Shown here: one piece after another, positions 11,050-38,955 of the stretch
Layout: each line of letters begins with the position of its first letter
How positions within the stretch are numbered: position 1 is the stretch's first letter
Source of the DNA: Macrostomum lignano
Lineage: Eukaryota
Length of the DNA stretch: 64,000 bases
NCBI GenBank assembly: GCA_002269645.1
Contig: NIVC01000324.1
Span: 3,012-67,011, forward strand
Direction: 5' to 3'
Position numbers and translations under genes: made by a program
The notes under the pieces: generated by a model
Databases searched by the model: none
Seen by the model: only the letters and a program-made list of their open reading frames with translations
Told to the model about the DNA's origin: nothing

Positions 11050-12330
11050 GTTGAAACGCACCGGAAGAGGGATTAGCAGTTCATTTAAACACACCGAAAG
11101 AAGGATTAACAGTACATTTAAACACACCGGAAGAAGGATTAACAGTTCATTTAAACACACCGGAAGAAGGATTAACAGTTCATTTAAACACACCGGAAGA
11201 AGGATTAACAGTTCATTTAAACACACCGGAAGAGGGATTAACAGTTCATTTAAACACACCGGAAGAAGGATTAACAGTTCATTTAAACACACCGGAAGAA
11301 GGATTAACAGTTCATTTAAACACACCGGAAGAAGGATTAACAGTTCATTGAAACACACCGGAAGAAGGATTAACAGTTCATTTAAACACACCGGAAGAAG
11401 GATTAACAGTTCATTTAAACACACCGGAAGAAGGATTAACAGTTCATTGAAACACACCGGAAGAAGGATTAACAGTTAATTGAAACACACCGGAAGAAGG
11501 ATTAACAGTTTATTTAAACACACCGGAAGAGGGATTAACAGTTTATTTAAACACACCGGAAGAAGGATTAACAGTTCATTTAAACACACCGGAAGAAGGA
11601 TTAACAGTTCATTTAAACACACCGGAAGAAGGATTAACAGTTCATTGAAACACACCGGAAGAAGGATTAACAGTTAATTTAAACACACTGGAAGAAGGAT
11701 TAACAGTTCATTTAAATACACCGGAAGAAGGATTAACAGTTCATTGAAACACACCGGAAGAAGGATTAACAGTACATTGAAACACACCGGAAGAAGGACT
11801 AACAGTACATTTAAACACACCGGAAGAAGGATTAACAGTTCATTTAAACACACCGGAAGAAGGATTAACAGTTCATTTAAACACACCGAAAGAGGGATTA
11901 ACAGTTCATTTAAACACACCGGAAGAAGGATTAACAGTTCATTTAAACACACCGGAAGAAGGATTAACAGTTCATTTAAACATACCGGAAGAAGGATTAA
12001 CAGTTCATTTAAACACACCGGAAGAAGGATTAACAGTTCATTTAAACACACCGGAAGAAGGATTAGCAGTTCATTTAAACACACCGGAAGAAGGATTAAC
12101 AGTTCATTTAAACACACCGGAAGAAGGATTAACAGTTCATTTAAACACACCGGAAGAAGGATTAGCAGTTCATTTAAACACACCGGAAGAAGGATTAACA
12201 GTTCATTTAAACATACCGGAAGAAGGATTAACAGTTCATTTAAACACACCAGAAGAAGGATTAACAGTTCATTTAAACACACCGGAAGAAGGATTAACAG
12301 TTTATTTAAACACACCGGAAGAGGGATTAG
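11050..12330. repeat. 33-bp tandem minisatellite, ~38-39 copies (AAACACACCGGAAGAAGGATTAACAGTTCATTT)
   Basis: Directly visible; near-identical units with no spacers. Confidence 0.95.
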
Positions 12331-14109
12331 GATATTTTTACAAATACAGTACCAATTTTTGTATTTTGTAACTGCATGTTCTATAAACAATGAGTCTTAT
12401 TTGTCTATAAAAAGTTTGCCTATTAAATACGAATAAATATATATATCTACAATAAGCTATATTGTAAAACAAATTAAGTTCATTCCTAAAATACACGCGA
12501 GCCGTTTTGATGTAAACTGTTTATCCGATTAACGTAGACAAATATATATTAATATTGTTATATTCTTTTTTATTAGTATATTTGGCTTTAATTCTTTAAA
12601 AATACAGAAAAATATCTACTAGAAGGCAGCAATTATAATCCAGTGAAAGCAAATTAATCACAAGAGTGGCAAAGAGACAGTTGAAGCGTTGCAAAGAGTT
12701 TCAAAAGAAGTCTTTTTATAGAAAAAATATTCGAGAACAACAGCTTCCGCGTACGTGACAAAACGAAGATTTTTAATTTGTAGCTTAGCAAAGACAAACA
12801 AAGCAAAACGATTTAACTTTTTCCGGCGTTAACTGCGACAGAAGAACAGGTTCTCACATGCAATTAACAAGGACTGCTCAAGTAAAAGTACTTCATTATA
12901 ACTCGATTGATATTCCTATAGAGCTTTTTGTTTAGAATAAAAATGTTTCATTATATTAGGCAAGTATACGAGTATATATAGGCCATACTTATGAGAAAGC
13001 TTACCTAGTTGCTAGTTATGCCATTTTATGACTTTCCGACACAGGAGAAGTACGTACAAGAGGAAATTAGCATATAGAATCCTAATTTTCTTTAAAACAG
13101 CTCTTCGAATATCAATAGAGTTATTATAAACGAAGCCACATCAGGAGATGCAGAAACATTGGGTCTGCCCTACTATCAAAGGCAATTATAAATTTTGCGC
13201 TGTAAAAGATGGAAATCGCTATGATCTCCAAAATTTACTAATTGGTAATAATTGATATAACTGATTAATTGCATCAGTAACTAAATTGAAACAATTTTGG
13301 CTAAAAAAAATTAAAGTTAGCTAGAAAGCTTCAATAATGAAGACATTAAGGAGGTCAGGGAAACAACAAATCAGTTGACAACGCACATAAAACGTTTAAT
13401 AAAGATGAGAACGCGATATTGAGAAGGGATTTGAAAACGAAGCTCTTAAATCTCCAAAAAAATATAGAAAAAGCGTCTTCAACTGAAATTTTATCAAGTA
13501 GGATCGAGTGTTGAGTGCTAGCTAACTTCCTAAATCCTAACCCACAGAGGCATCAAGTCAGATTAACGCCCATCTCAAGTCTCGGGCACAATTAGCAATT
13601 CAAGACTCCTCATGGGAACAGAAAAATCCTGGCGCCTAATCAGTGCGACATGAAAATCAATTCTAGATCTTATAGCTGACACTTTTTCAGGGGGGATATT
13701 TCAGCGCTTCTATAGTGGATTAAAAATTTTCATTCCAACACGAAATTAATTTGACACACAACAGACGGTTTGGTAAACGTGCGCTCGCGCTTACTACAAG
13801 TAGCATTTACAGGTAGCTAAAGTTATCTTGTATAAAAAATACAGTTTAAAGTATAAAAAATAAAGAGAATTTTATGACTCAATGGGTAAAAATTCTTAAT
13901 ATCTCACTCTCCATTCAACCCGAATGCTTGGTAAGTATTATAGTGTCGGTTTTGGGGGCGTTAGAGCTTCTGTAGAAAGTATTTACATGTAACCAGGCTG
14001 ATCAACAAGCCTATAAGTTCTATAAATCTAAATCTAAGAAGTATTAATTTAGCAACCAATTTTCACCTATCTAAATATACCCTTTTTGCAGCATATATTG
14101 TTATACTGT

Positions 14110-14275
14110 AAAGAGACGAGAGAGGAGAGAGAGAGAGCAGAGATGAGAGAAAAGAGATGAGATAAAAAGAAAATTGATAAAAGAGGAGAGAAGAGAGAGA
14201 GAATACAAGAGGATAAATAAGATGAGAAAAGAAAATCCGAGAGGAAAGAGGAGAAAGGAGAGAAGTTTCAAAGAA
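14110..14275. repeat. GA-rich low-complexity tract
   Basis: Purine-rich AG/AAG runs. Confidence 0.7.
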
Positions 14276-14686
14276 GCCCACATGCTTAAGACAGACATTT
14301 AGAGAGATTCATTCTGCGTGGCGGCACCCCAGCTGACCAGATCAATGCTTGGCTCAAATCTTAATTTAACACGAATTTACTCCATTTTTCAAACCTCTAT
14401 ATCTTAAATATTGACAAGTTTTTGTTTGAGTATTAGTATGACTTCAAAATAAAGAATTTTTGCAAAAATAGGTCCGGGGATCGGAATTCTGCGGGTTTAA
14501 AATCCGCGGTTTTCAACAGCTTATACTTTAATATGAAGCACTTATTATTTATTCACCATTTTTTGTTAAACCAGGTGCCAAAGCGCCCCGCAATGCAAAA
14601 CACTGGCTAGCTACAGCTAGCCTGGTCTAAAGCATCTCAAGTTTTATATATCGGTGCTTTTCGTTTACCGAGCTTTCTTCAACGTT

Positions 14687-30558
<15,872 letters not shown>

Positions 30559-31836
30559 GACCACTGCGTCTATGTGCGAGGTCTAATGACTTTATAGAGT
30601 GAGTGAAAGTGTCCGGAAGGAACCACTAAACAGTCTGCACGGATACTACGACAAAGGATGCGGCTTAACTTATCAGTAATAGATTTCTAGTCCTAAGAGC
30701 TCTCACCCCCTGCTCTGATCCGAATTGGCTGGCCGCAGAGCCGAAATCCCCCAGCCACTCAGCAATAATTAGTAATTGGGGGATAATTCCTGCCGTCTCC
30801 ACCCCGCGTCCCCCTTCCAGTTTCCCTGCCGGGCCACACTCAGCAAATCAGCTTTGCAGAAAGAGAATGGCTGGTTACTATGGACGACAACAACGAATGA
30901 ATGGTAAAAAAGAGACTGGAAGAGTGAATAGAGATGCGTAGAGGCAGAGGCAGGGGGAGGTACTTGGCTTAGTGGAAGGACAAACCAGCTGAAGTGCCCG
31001 GTTGGCTTGCAGGTCTGACTCTCGCCCACACGCCCCAGCAGTAAGATTCTAAGCTTCTTTTGTGTCCGCGAACTGCAGCAGCTGTCTCCAGCGGCTGGGA
31101 GCAGCAGCAGTCGCTATTGTCACGGGTCGGGCCTGCAGCTGTGGAAAAAAGCATGCAGTCATACACAGCATTACATGTGTATCTGTCAGTCTTGCAGCTT
31201 TCGCCCCGCAGCGGTACCGCTATCTATTCGTCTATGGATGCCACGCAAGGATGAACCCTTAGGCAGGGAATATCTCGATGAAAAAGTTGAGGCCCTCATG
31301 GAATCCTTGTAGAAAAGATCTTTACTATCTATAGTTTACTTTTTTCGATTCATTCACATTGAGTCTTGAAAGGCTTTGTCAATTTTTTGGCTTTGCGGGC
31401 TTTGTCTTCAAACATTGCTGGCTCCCATGGCAAAGAAATAACAAATAGACGACTACTTCGTTAATTCAGTATCGGAAATGTCTATTGAAATGTTCAACAA
31501 CAGCATCGGCAGGGAGCAAGAGAGCATTTAAAAGATCTATTTTTAAAATCACTCTTCAATTTGCACAATGCGTTCAATTTTTCATTAAATAGAAAGCTCA
31601 ATTAGGAGACCAATTTAAATGTCGCTGGTCCGGAAACAACCAAGTTGCAAGCTCGTAAAAAAGTAGTCGATAAGTTGCTGCTCAACAAAATGACAGCGTT
31701 AGGTTAGTAGTATATTTAGATTCAAATTTGTTGCTTAATTCAAACCTATAAGCGGAAGGCGTCTTGCATTGTCTAATGGAATAAAAAACTTTAAAGGCCA
31801 TAACATTAGTTACTTAAGTTAGTTAGAGGCAGTGAG

Positions 31837-32110
31837 CTGTGTGCACTCTGGCGCACTTTAAGCGACATTGTCTCACAACCGGCGGAAGGCATTACTCATG
31901 CCCATTCCACCGACTGCCCTTGAGCAGTCATACGCACAGGCACACACTCACACAGGAGTTTACAGCGGCCCTGACTTTGTTTATCGTTAGGCATGTACAA
32001 TTTACTGTGCCTTGGGGGTTGACCCTCAATGGCGTCAATTTGCACGAGCAGAGCCAAGCCGAAATTCCAATTTAGGCCCAAATTAATGCGACTGCCACTT
32101 GGGATCGAGC
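31837..32110. repeat. dispersed repeat family A, copy 3 (apparently full length)
   Basis: Reverse complement of 22824-23106. Confidence 0.8.
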
Positions 32111-32161
32111 CCGATGTTATACTTTCGGATATCCGTGTCTTGTGTTATCCGCCCAGATAGT

Positions 32162-32962
32162 ACAAGTGCTTTCTGATCCCCCCTGGACATTGCAAGTGCT
32201 TTCTGATCTCCCCCCTGGACATTGCAAGTGCTTTCTGATCTCCCCCTGGACATTGCAAGTGCTTTCTGATCTCCCTCTGGACATTGCAAGTGCTTTCTGA
32301 TCTCCCTCTGGACATTGCAAGTGCTTTCTGATCTCCCCCCTGGACATTGCAAGTGCTTTCTGATCTCCCCTTGGACATTGCAAGTGCTTTCTGATCTCCC
32401 CTGGACATTGCAAGTGCTTTCTGATCTCCCCCTGGACATTGCAAGTGCTTTCTGATCTCCCCTTGGACATTGCAAGTGCTTTCTGATCTCCCTCTGGACA
32501 TTGCAAGTGCTTTCTGATCTCCCCCTGGACGTTGCAAGTGCTTTCTGATCTCCCCTTGGACATTGCAAGTGCTTTCTGATCTCCCCCTGGACATTGCAAG
32601 TGCTTTCTGATCTCCCCTGGACATTGCAAGTGCTTTCTGATCTCCCTCTGGACATTGTAAGTGCTTTCTGATCTCCCCCTGGACGTTGCAAGTGCTTTCT
32701 GATCTCCCCTTGGACATTGCAAGTGCTTTCTGATCTCCCCCTGGACATTGCAAGTGCTTTCTGATCTCCCCCTGGACATTGCAAGTGCTTTCTGATCTCC
32801 CCTTGGACATTGCAAGTGCTTTCTGATCTCCCCCTGGACATTGCAAGTGCTTTCTGATCTCCCCCTGGACATTGCAAGTGCTTTCTGATCTCCCCTTGGA
32901 CATTGCAAGTGCTTTCTGATCTCCCCCTGGACATTGCAAGTGCTTTCTGATCTCCACCTGGA
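32162..32962. repeat. 30-32-bp tandem minisatellite (TGGACATTGCAAGTGCTTTCTGATCTCCCCC), ~25 copies
   Basis: Directly visible. The length of the C-tract varies, so the overlapping ORFs are artefacts. Confidence 0.95.
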
Positions 32963-33351
32963 CACCCGGATGTTTCAAGCGTCTTAAAGTATCCGGTCCG
33001 GGTAGCTCAAGCTGCTTTACGTTCTCAGGGGTGCTTGCAGTCTCCCCGGAAGTCACAAGCTAAGTTGAAACATCCTGCCGAAAAACTAAGGTTTGTTTTG
33101 AGATATGCGGATTGTGATTTCCGGGTCAAAGAACGATAATGTACTAAAACGATTAGTCTTGGAACAAAAAGATTAAGTGAAAGTGCTTCAAGGATGTAAA
33201 ATTACTGAGTTAGGAAATTTTTTAATGTTTCTATAGACCCCATGCCTCTATCAAAGTTTAGGTTAAAAATCGATCCCCACATGAAGAATCTCGCCACCCT
33301 AAAACCCCCATTCCCCATGTCCCGGTGGGTGGCTTTAAGTAAGTTTTCGCT

Positions 33352-33635
33352 GTAAAATCGCACAGTAAAGAGGCCAGTGGTGCTCTTCATTCCCATTTAA
33401 CATGACTCGACGTGCAGTGTTTTGATCTTTTCCCTGACTTCATCCTCCGTAAAAAGCACACGCCGCTGATGTTCTGGGCGCCTTTTCTTGCAGCAGCTCC
33501 AGTTTCTCACTTTTTAGAACAATTGACCGTCTTGGAAGAAAAGCCTTTATACTTTCTCTGGAATTTTGCGCTTCAAATTGTCCCTCACTTTTGCCGGCAA
33601 GTCTCCGGGAATTTTGACGTACTCGTTCAGTACGA
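33352..33635 (-). pseudogene. possible Ginger/GIN- or Gypsy-type integrase N-terminal fragment
   Basis: Across frameshifts and stops: LNEYVKIPGDLPAKVRDNLKRKIPEK...FQDGQLF*...RRVLFTEDEVREKIKTLHVESC*MGMKSTTGLFTVRFY. This resembles the HxxxxHxG...T...RFY integrase zinc-finger lead-in, but the CxxC part is not seen. Confidence 0.4.
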
Positions 33636-35000
33636 GCCCGTAAAAGAACACTTGGTTTAGACTCGCCTGTCATGTCTGTCCCCACTTGAAACTGCAAGTA
33701 CCTCAGTCACGCTTTGCAGCCTTCTAAATTCTTAATTTAATAGCTTTTAAAATACTAGAGCATCAGTGAGAATGAATTGTATACATTGCGCAATTACACC
33801 GACAACTCATCTAGAGCTGTGTGGGCCGTGTGAGTCCCTGCACATGCAACCAGTAATTCTTTGGCAGAGTTGTAGCCTCGTGTCTGTACACCGCTCATGT
33901 ACATTTTTACCCCCCAGAGTTCTCAAATCAAGGAAAACGCAAGGCACGACTGTTATGATATGCCTTGCATTGTCCGGGACTGGAGATCGCAAAGCAAAGT
34001 CACATTTGTCTTGCGATCTCCGGCCGCTGGCACACCAGAGCGCCGCTCTGGACCATCTAGTCTACGACACCCCACTACGTCACGCCTAAATGTGTGTTTC
34101 TTATCCTTTTTAAGTCTCAAATTGAAGATACCAACAATGAAAAAAGCGATTTCAAACAAACTTATAATATTTGCACATATTATCCTCTGATACCATAAAT
34201 CGTGCTTTCTTTTCGCTTCTTAAAATCAAATTGATATGTTAAATTGAATTCTCTGTATCGCAACTTGCTACTGTAAGTAGCGGAGCAATTGCGCATTGGC
34301 GCCCTGTCTTGCAGTTGGCAGCAGAACTCAGCATGTTTCAGAAACGTTCAATAGAAGGAAGAATTGACACAGATAGAGAAGCAGTCTGTACAGCTCTACC
34401 TAACGTGAGCATCTGCTGCAGGTGGACCTGCAGGTGAGGCGATATGCCTGCATATAAAACGGTCGCATGCGGGGAAGGAAATAGAGCGAGCTGGGCAGAG
34501 AGGGTGGAGAGAGACGAAGCAAATTAAAAGCCAAGATGAAAAAGAAGCAGCAGCGTTTTTTTAAAAATGCAGCCAGCGAGAAACTCACTCGCGTTGTCAT
34601 GGAGACGCCGCGTTCGATCAATGCATTGCTGAGGGGGGGGGGGCAGGTGGAGCCTTACTTGCCAAGCCTAGAGCGTACTCTCTTCCTTCACCTGCCCGCG
34701 ATTCCTACCAGTCCTCTCTTACCTTCACTCTGGATGCTCTCTAGCCAGGGTTGCCATGGCTTGGTAAGGTCTGCGCACAGCACAGCCCCCTGGTGCTCAT
34801 CATTCATTAACTCCATGCGAATACAGTGCGACGCTACCTTTCATAGTGAAAGCAGAACAGAATAATACACATAGTGCAGTGGCATTGAATTCTTCGGCAC
34901 AATTTTGCTGCACATTTTTCTGCGCACAACGGCCGACCTCCCCTCCTTAGCTTCTCTTGCCCAGCACTGTGCAAAGTGTCCACGAATTAAAAATAAAAAA

Positions 35001-36638
35001 ATGACTGACGACCAGCGGGTGTTCGGAGACGGCAGCGCTACAAGCCGAAGCAGAGTGTGCACATTTCACTATCTGGTGGGTAGCTCACAGCAGAAGCAGC
35101 CGCAACAATTGGAAAGTAAGCAGCAGCAGCAACAACAGCCGCAGCAGCAGCATTCTGACGCGCTAAGGATGCCTTCCAACCGAGACATGCCCTCTTTCGA
35201 GGAGTGGAAACGCCGTCGAGCCAATCGTCCGTTCGGTCAAGAAGTGGTGCTGCTTGAGCTCGATCCAAAGGAGGAGCTGGCCAGAAAGAAGCAGCGAGAC
35301 CAGCGCTTGATGTCGCTGATGCAACCGGAGGAGCAAGAAAGGTTCTACACCTACCTGGATCATTACGACCGACTGCAGGCTAAAGTTGAGCGCGACCGTG
35401 AAGAACGCGAGCGGGCAAAAGCCGAAGCCGCCAGGGAGGCCTCTGCAAAGGCGGCGGCGCGGAAAAAGGAGCAGCACAAACTGCACAAGCGTCTAGACAA
35501 GGTGGACCTCGCCACCGACTCGCAGTTCGTCGCCGACGTAGCCAAATCAAAGTACTACCGGCTGGTGCAGCGCGAGCAGAAACAGCAGTTTAGATCGCGC
35601 GACGATCACGACCAATTCTGGTTGGGCGAGCTTCAAACCAAAGGACTGCTGCGGCCTACGGAGACGTCGGCGCTTGGACGACGGCAGCGCAGACACATGA
35701 CTGGTGCCGCCGGTGCCGGTTCGGGTGCACACTCTGCAGCTGGAGATGATCTGCTACAAGCGGACGATCAAGAGTTGCATCCCACGTTGCACTGGGAAAG
35801 AACGGACGATACGCTCCAGCTGGGCGCGAGCCGAAACGCTGCTGGTGCTCGCAGCGGCGGCGGATTTCATAGCATGTCGCGCGCTCAGCAGAACCGCATG
35901 CTCGATGAGCTATTCCCACGAGCTGAGCGGCCCAAGCTCAGCAGCTTTAACGTTGACTTCACCAAGAAAGAGGAAAAATCAGCCGACGAATTGGAACTTG
36001 AACGCCTGAAGGAGCGCCGACGCAAGCGGCTGGACGAGTGGCGCGAGCATCGGCACATGCAGCAGATGGCTGTCACGTTCGGTGTAGCCACTCGACGCAT
36101 TCTGGACGAGCGACCAGTCCGCGATTCCGCCGATCGGCTCATGGATGAGGCCGAGGCGGACCTTGGCCAGCTGTTCGGCGGAGCGCTCGAGAGGGCTCGC
36201 CGTCGGGAGCAGCTCGAGTTGGAGTCACGACGAGGGGGCGACGGCGAGCTTGACCTGACAGATCCCCGCCTATTGCAATCGTGGCGTCGGAATCCGGCCG
36301 GAGAGCGACGACGAAAACAGCTGCGCGGCGTCGACGGAAGCTCGTCAACGTCGACTTTCTCCAGCGCCCAGCGCCCAGGCAAGCGGCCGCTGACAACGCC
36401 GGCAACGGAGACCTACAACGACGATGACGACTACGACGAAGCGGGCTATCACGATCGGCGAAGGACTCAACGACCGATGCTTTCGTTGGCTGACGCGCAC
36501 AAAGAGCTGCCGCACATCGAGGCCAAAGGTCAGAGCACCCTGTGGAACAATTATATGGGCGCCGGCAATGTTCGCTTTGCTCCGCTCGATGATGACGCCT
36601 GGTATCGAGAGGCGACAACAGCTGCGGTCACCAGCTAG
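35001..36638 (+). CDS. uncharacterised charged/coiled-coil protein, 545 aa, intronless
   Basis: Long GC-rich open frame with ATG at 35001 after an A-run; poly-Q and E/R/K-rich helices; AT-rich sequence after the stop. No family recognised. Confidence 0.7.
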   Translation: MTDDQRVFGDGSATSRSRVCTFHYLVGSSQQKQPQQLESKQQQQQQPQQQHSDALRMPSNRDMPSFEEWKRRRANRPFGQEVVLLELDPKEELARKKQRDQRLMSLMQPEEQERFYTYLDHYDRLQAKVERDREERERAKAEAAREASAKAAARKKEQHKLHKRLDKVDLATDSQFVADVAKSKYYRLVQREQKQQFRSRDDHDQFWLGELQTKGLLRPTETSALGRRQRRHMTGAAGAGSGAHSAAGDDLLQADDQELHPTLHWERTDDTLQLGASRNAAGARSGGGFHSMSRAQQNRMLDELFPRAERPKLSSFNVDFTKKEEKSADELELERLKERRRKRLDEWREHRHMQQMAVTFGVATRRILDERPVRDSADRLMDEAEADLGQLFGGALERARRREQLELESRRGGDGELDLTDPRLLQSWRRNPAGERRRKQLRGVDGSSSTSTFSSAQRPGKRPLTTPATETYNDDDDYDEAGYHDRRRTQRPMLSLADAHKELPHIEAKGQSTLWNNYMGAGNVRFAPLDDDAWYREATTAAVTS

Positions 36639-37145
36639 GCCTTTTATACTGCAGCATTTCGAATTCTGAGTCTTTGCTTGTGAATTGCCGGTTTCGTTAT
36701 GCTATGATCGTTTCTAATATTTTTCTACTTTACAGCTGATTGCAACATGACGATATTGTTCAGAACTGTAACGCTTATTTATCTTTTATGTAAATTAAAT
36801 TTCGGAAAATTATATTAACTTACATAACTAAGTTTTGTGTTTATGAGTATTTATATCGGCTTAAGATTATGGATTTAACAAAATAATTAATGTTGCTCTT
36901 TTCAATAAAAAAGAAAAAGAAGAGCAAATTTGTAGCAAATCAAAAATTTATTTTTTTTATTTTTATAACAAAATAAATTAGCAATGCTCATAAGTTTCCA
37001 GCGATTCTTGGTGGAAATTTTGACAAAACAGGGCTCAGTGTGTGATACGCGAAGAACGCGCAGTGCTAAATTATAACAAACAAATGATTTTTTTGATCCA
37101 AGGCATAAGCGTCTAGCGAACATCAAAACAGGTACATCACGTATA

Positions 37146-37353
37146 GCTCGATTCCAAGTGCAGTCGCGTTAATTTGGGGCACAATTGGAATCTCGTGCAA
37201 TTAATGGTCTTGAGGACCAACCCCCAAGGCGCAGTGAAGTGTACATGCCTAACGATAAATTAAGTCCGGGCCTCTGTACATTCCTGTGTGAGTGTGTGCC
37301 TGTGCGTATGTCTGCTCAGGGGGAGTCGGCGGGATGGGCAGTAATGCCTCTCG
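37146..37353. repeat. dispersed repeat family A, copy 4 (truncated)
   Basis: Same orientation and same GCTCGATTCCAAGTG end as the 22824 copy. Confidence 0.8.
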
Positions 37354-37450
37354 ACGCGCGGTTTTATAACAATGCTTGACAGCTTGACAATGAGCTTTAT
37401 TAAGAAAATAGAGTGCTAATTCGAATTCGAATTTACATGATAAAGAGGGC

Positions 37451-38509
37451 TCAAGGCAAAGCGCTGAAAAAGTTGTTAATCTGTTTCTCATTCATGCTGA
37501 AATTGGCGATAGCCACAGCAGAAACAACGCCTATTAAATGGGCAGTGTGTCCAGCATAGAAGCGACGGCCGATCGAAACAGCAAAACACGAAGGAGATCC
37601 GCCGAGAACTGCCGACCCAACTGCAGAGGGTACAATAAACCCTTTGTTATAAAATAGGGCAGATTCTGCAGTGTAAGAAACGGTAGCAGAAAACGCCACG
37701 TCCATCCAGGTGTTTTCATCTAAAGATAGCAGTCCGACTGCAGATTTTACGTAGTAATAGTTCCTTGCATTAAAATAGAGTTGGCCTGCTTGACTGTATT
37801 CCCACAGATGAGGACCGAAAGTTATGCTGACAGGATCGGAGCAAGACACCGCCTCTATGAACGGCTGGACCCTTGGCTTTCTCTTCAGCCGCATCAGCCA
37901 AGTGAACCCGCCAGCAAAGGCGGCTCCAGAGAAGCGACTGTCGTTGAGCAGCGCATATGAGGACACCCCGTCGAACACGGCGCCCTCTTCGGTCCACTGC
38001 AGGTTCCCACTTTCCAGTCGATGGCTGCTGCCGCTGCTTCCCGGAGCATCGCCCTGGCACGCCAGGTTGCCAAATCGGTGTCCGCCTCCAGCCAGCCACA
38101 GACCCAGTAGTCGGTCGTGCACCGAGGTATCGCAGTTTGTCAACGATTTGGTTCGAAACACATAACACTGCGCCGCTTCTTGCTTGCTGCTCAGCACCTG
38201 GTCAGTGCCAATTAGCTGGGCTTCAACTGACTGCAGGACGCGGCACACGCGCTGGTAGTGGAAGAGCGAGCACGCACCTGTCTGCCTGTCCCACTGCAGG
38301 ACGAGGTCGTCATCAGAATGGCCGGTGCTCGACGCTTTGAGCATGCAGCTTTGCAGGTTTTGGGATTGCCACGAACTCAGAGAGGAGCTCTCGTTGATGC
38401 ACAGCGGTGAGAAGTATTTGCACCACTGTTTAGCGCAGTCAACAGCCGATAGTAACGGCCATGCGCTAACTAGCAGCATGGCGAATCGAATTCTGGCTAT
38501 TAGACACAT
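37451..38509 (-). CDS. secreted protein with PAN/apple-like and LamG/ConA-like (pentraxin-fold) domains, 352 aa, intronless
   Basis: Signal-peptide-like MCLIARIRFAMLLVSAWPLLSA. Cys-containing PAN-like part (LQSCMLKA...WDRQTGACSLFHY). LamG-like part (LLGLWL...GAVFDGVSSY...FTWLMRLK...WMDVAFS...IGRR...LIGVVSAVAIANFSMNEKQI). Confidence 0.7.
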   Translation of the reverse strand: MCLIARIRFAMLLVSAWPLLSAVDCAKQWCKYFSPLCINESSSLSSWQSQNLQSCMLKASSTGHSDDDLVLQWDRQTGACSLFHYQRVCRVLQSVEAQLIGTDQVLSSKQEAAQCYVFRTKSLTNCDTSVHDRLLGLWLAGGGHRFGNLACQGDAPGSSGSSHRLESGNLQWTEEGAVFDGVSSYALLNDSRFSGAAFAGGFTWLMRLKRKPRVQPFIEAVSCSDPVSITFGPHLWEYSQAGQLYFNARNYYYVKSAVGLLSLDENTWMDVAFSATVSYTAESALFYNKGFIVPSAVGSAVLGGSPSCFAVSIGRRFYAGHTAHLIGVVSAVAIANFSMNEKQINNFFSALP

Positions 38510-38955
38510 TGTCGTCGAACTTGACAACCGTTCTATAGCTTTGAGATGTCGTATCATGCAAATTTTCTCTTTAATTTTTTTGCTGTTTTTCACGCTATTA
38601 AAGATAATTGGGAATCAGCTTGACTGACAAGCATTTTTTATTTGCAGATGCCAGCTGTGACAATTCCCAAGCCATTATCAAACTGAAAGCTCTTATGTGT
38701 TTCTGGCTTCTGAATTTTAATTAAAAGAAAAAAGAGAAGAGAAGAGATGTCTTCAACAAGAGGCATGCTATTTGAATTCTCATGAATTGGCGTGAATTAA
38801 GCCAGCTGACAGGCTGTTTCGAAGCATATGCATATTGATGAAGCTTTTCTTTATCCATTCAAATATAATTTACCTTAGGAAATGCTTTCGTTCGTTCAAA
38901 TTAAAAGCTAGATACAGTATAATGGTTTTACTTAGGAAATGTACATAGTTTAGCG

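Noticed and set aside
11050-12330. CRISPR-like array (33-bp repeats)
   Set aside because: Units are head-to-tail with no unique spacers, there are no cas genes, and the context is eukaryotic. The same applies to the 31-, 24- and 44-bp arrays.
32083-33056. Three long minus-strand ORFs
   Set aside because: Artefacts of a 30-32-bp minisatellite; the peptide changes frame with each C-tract indel.
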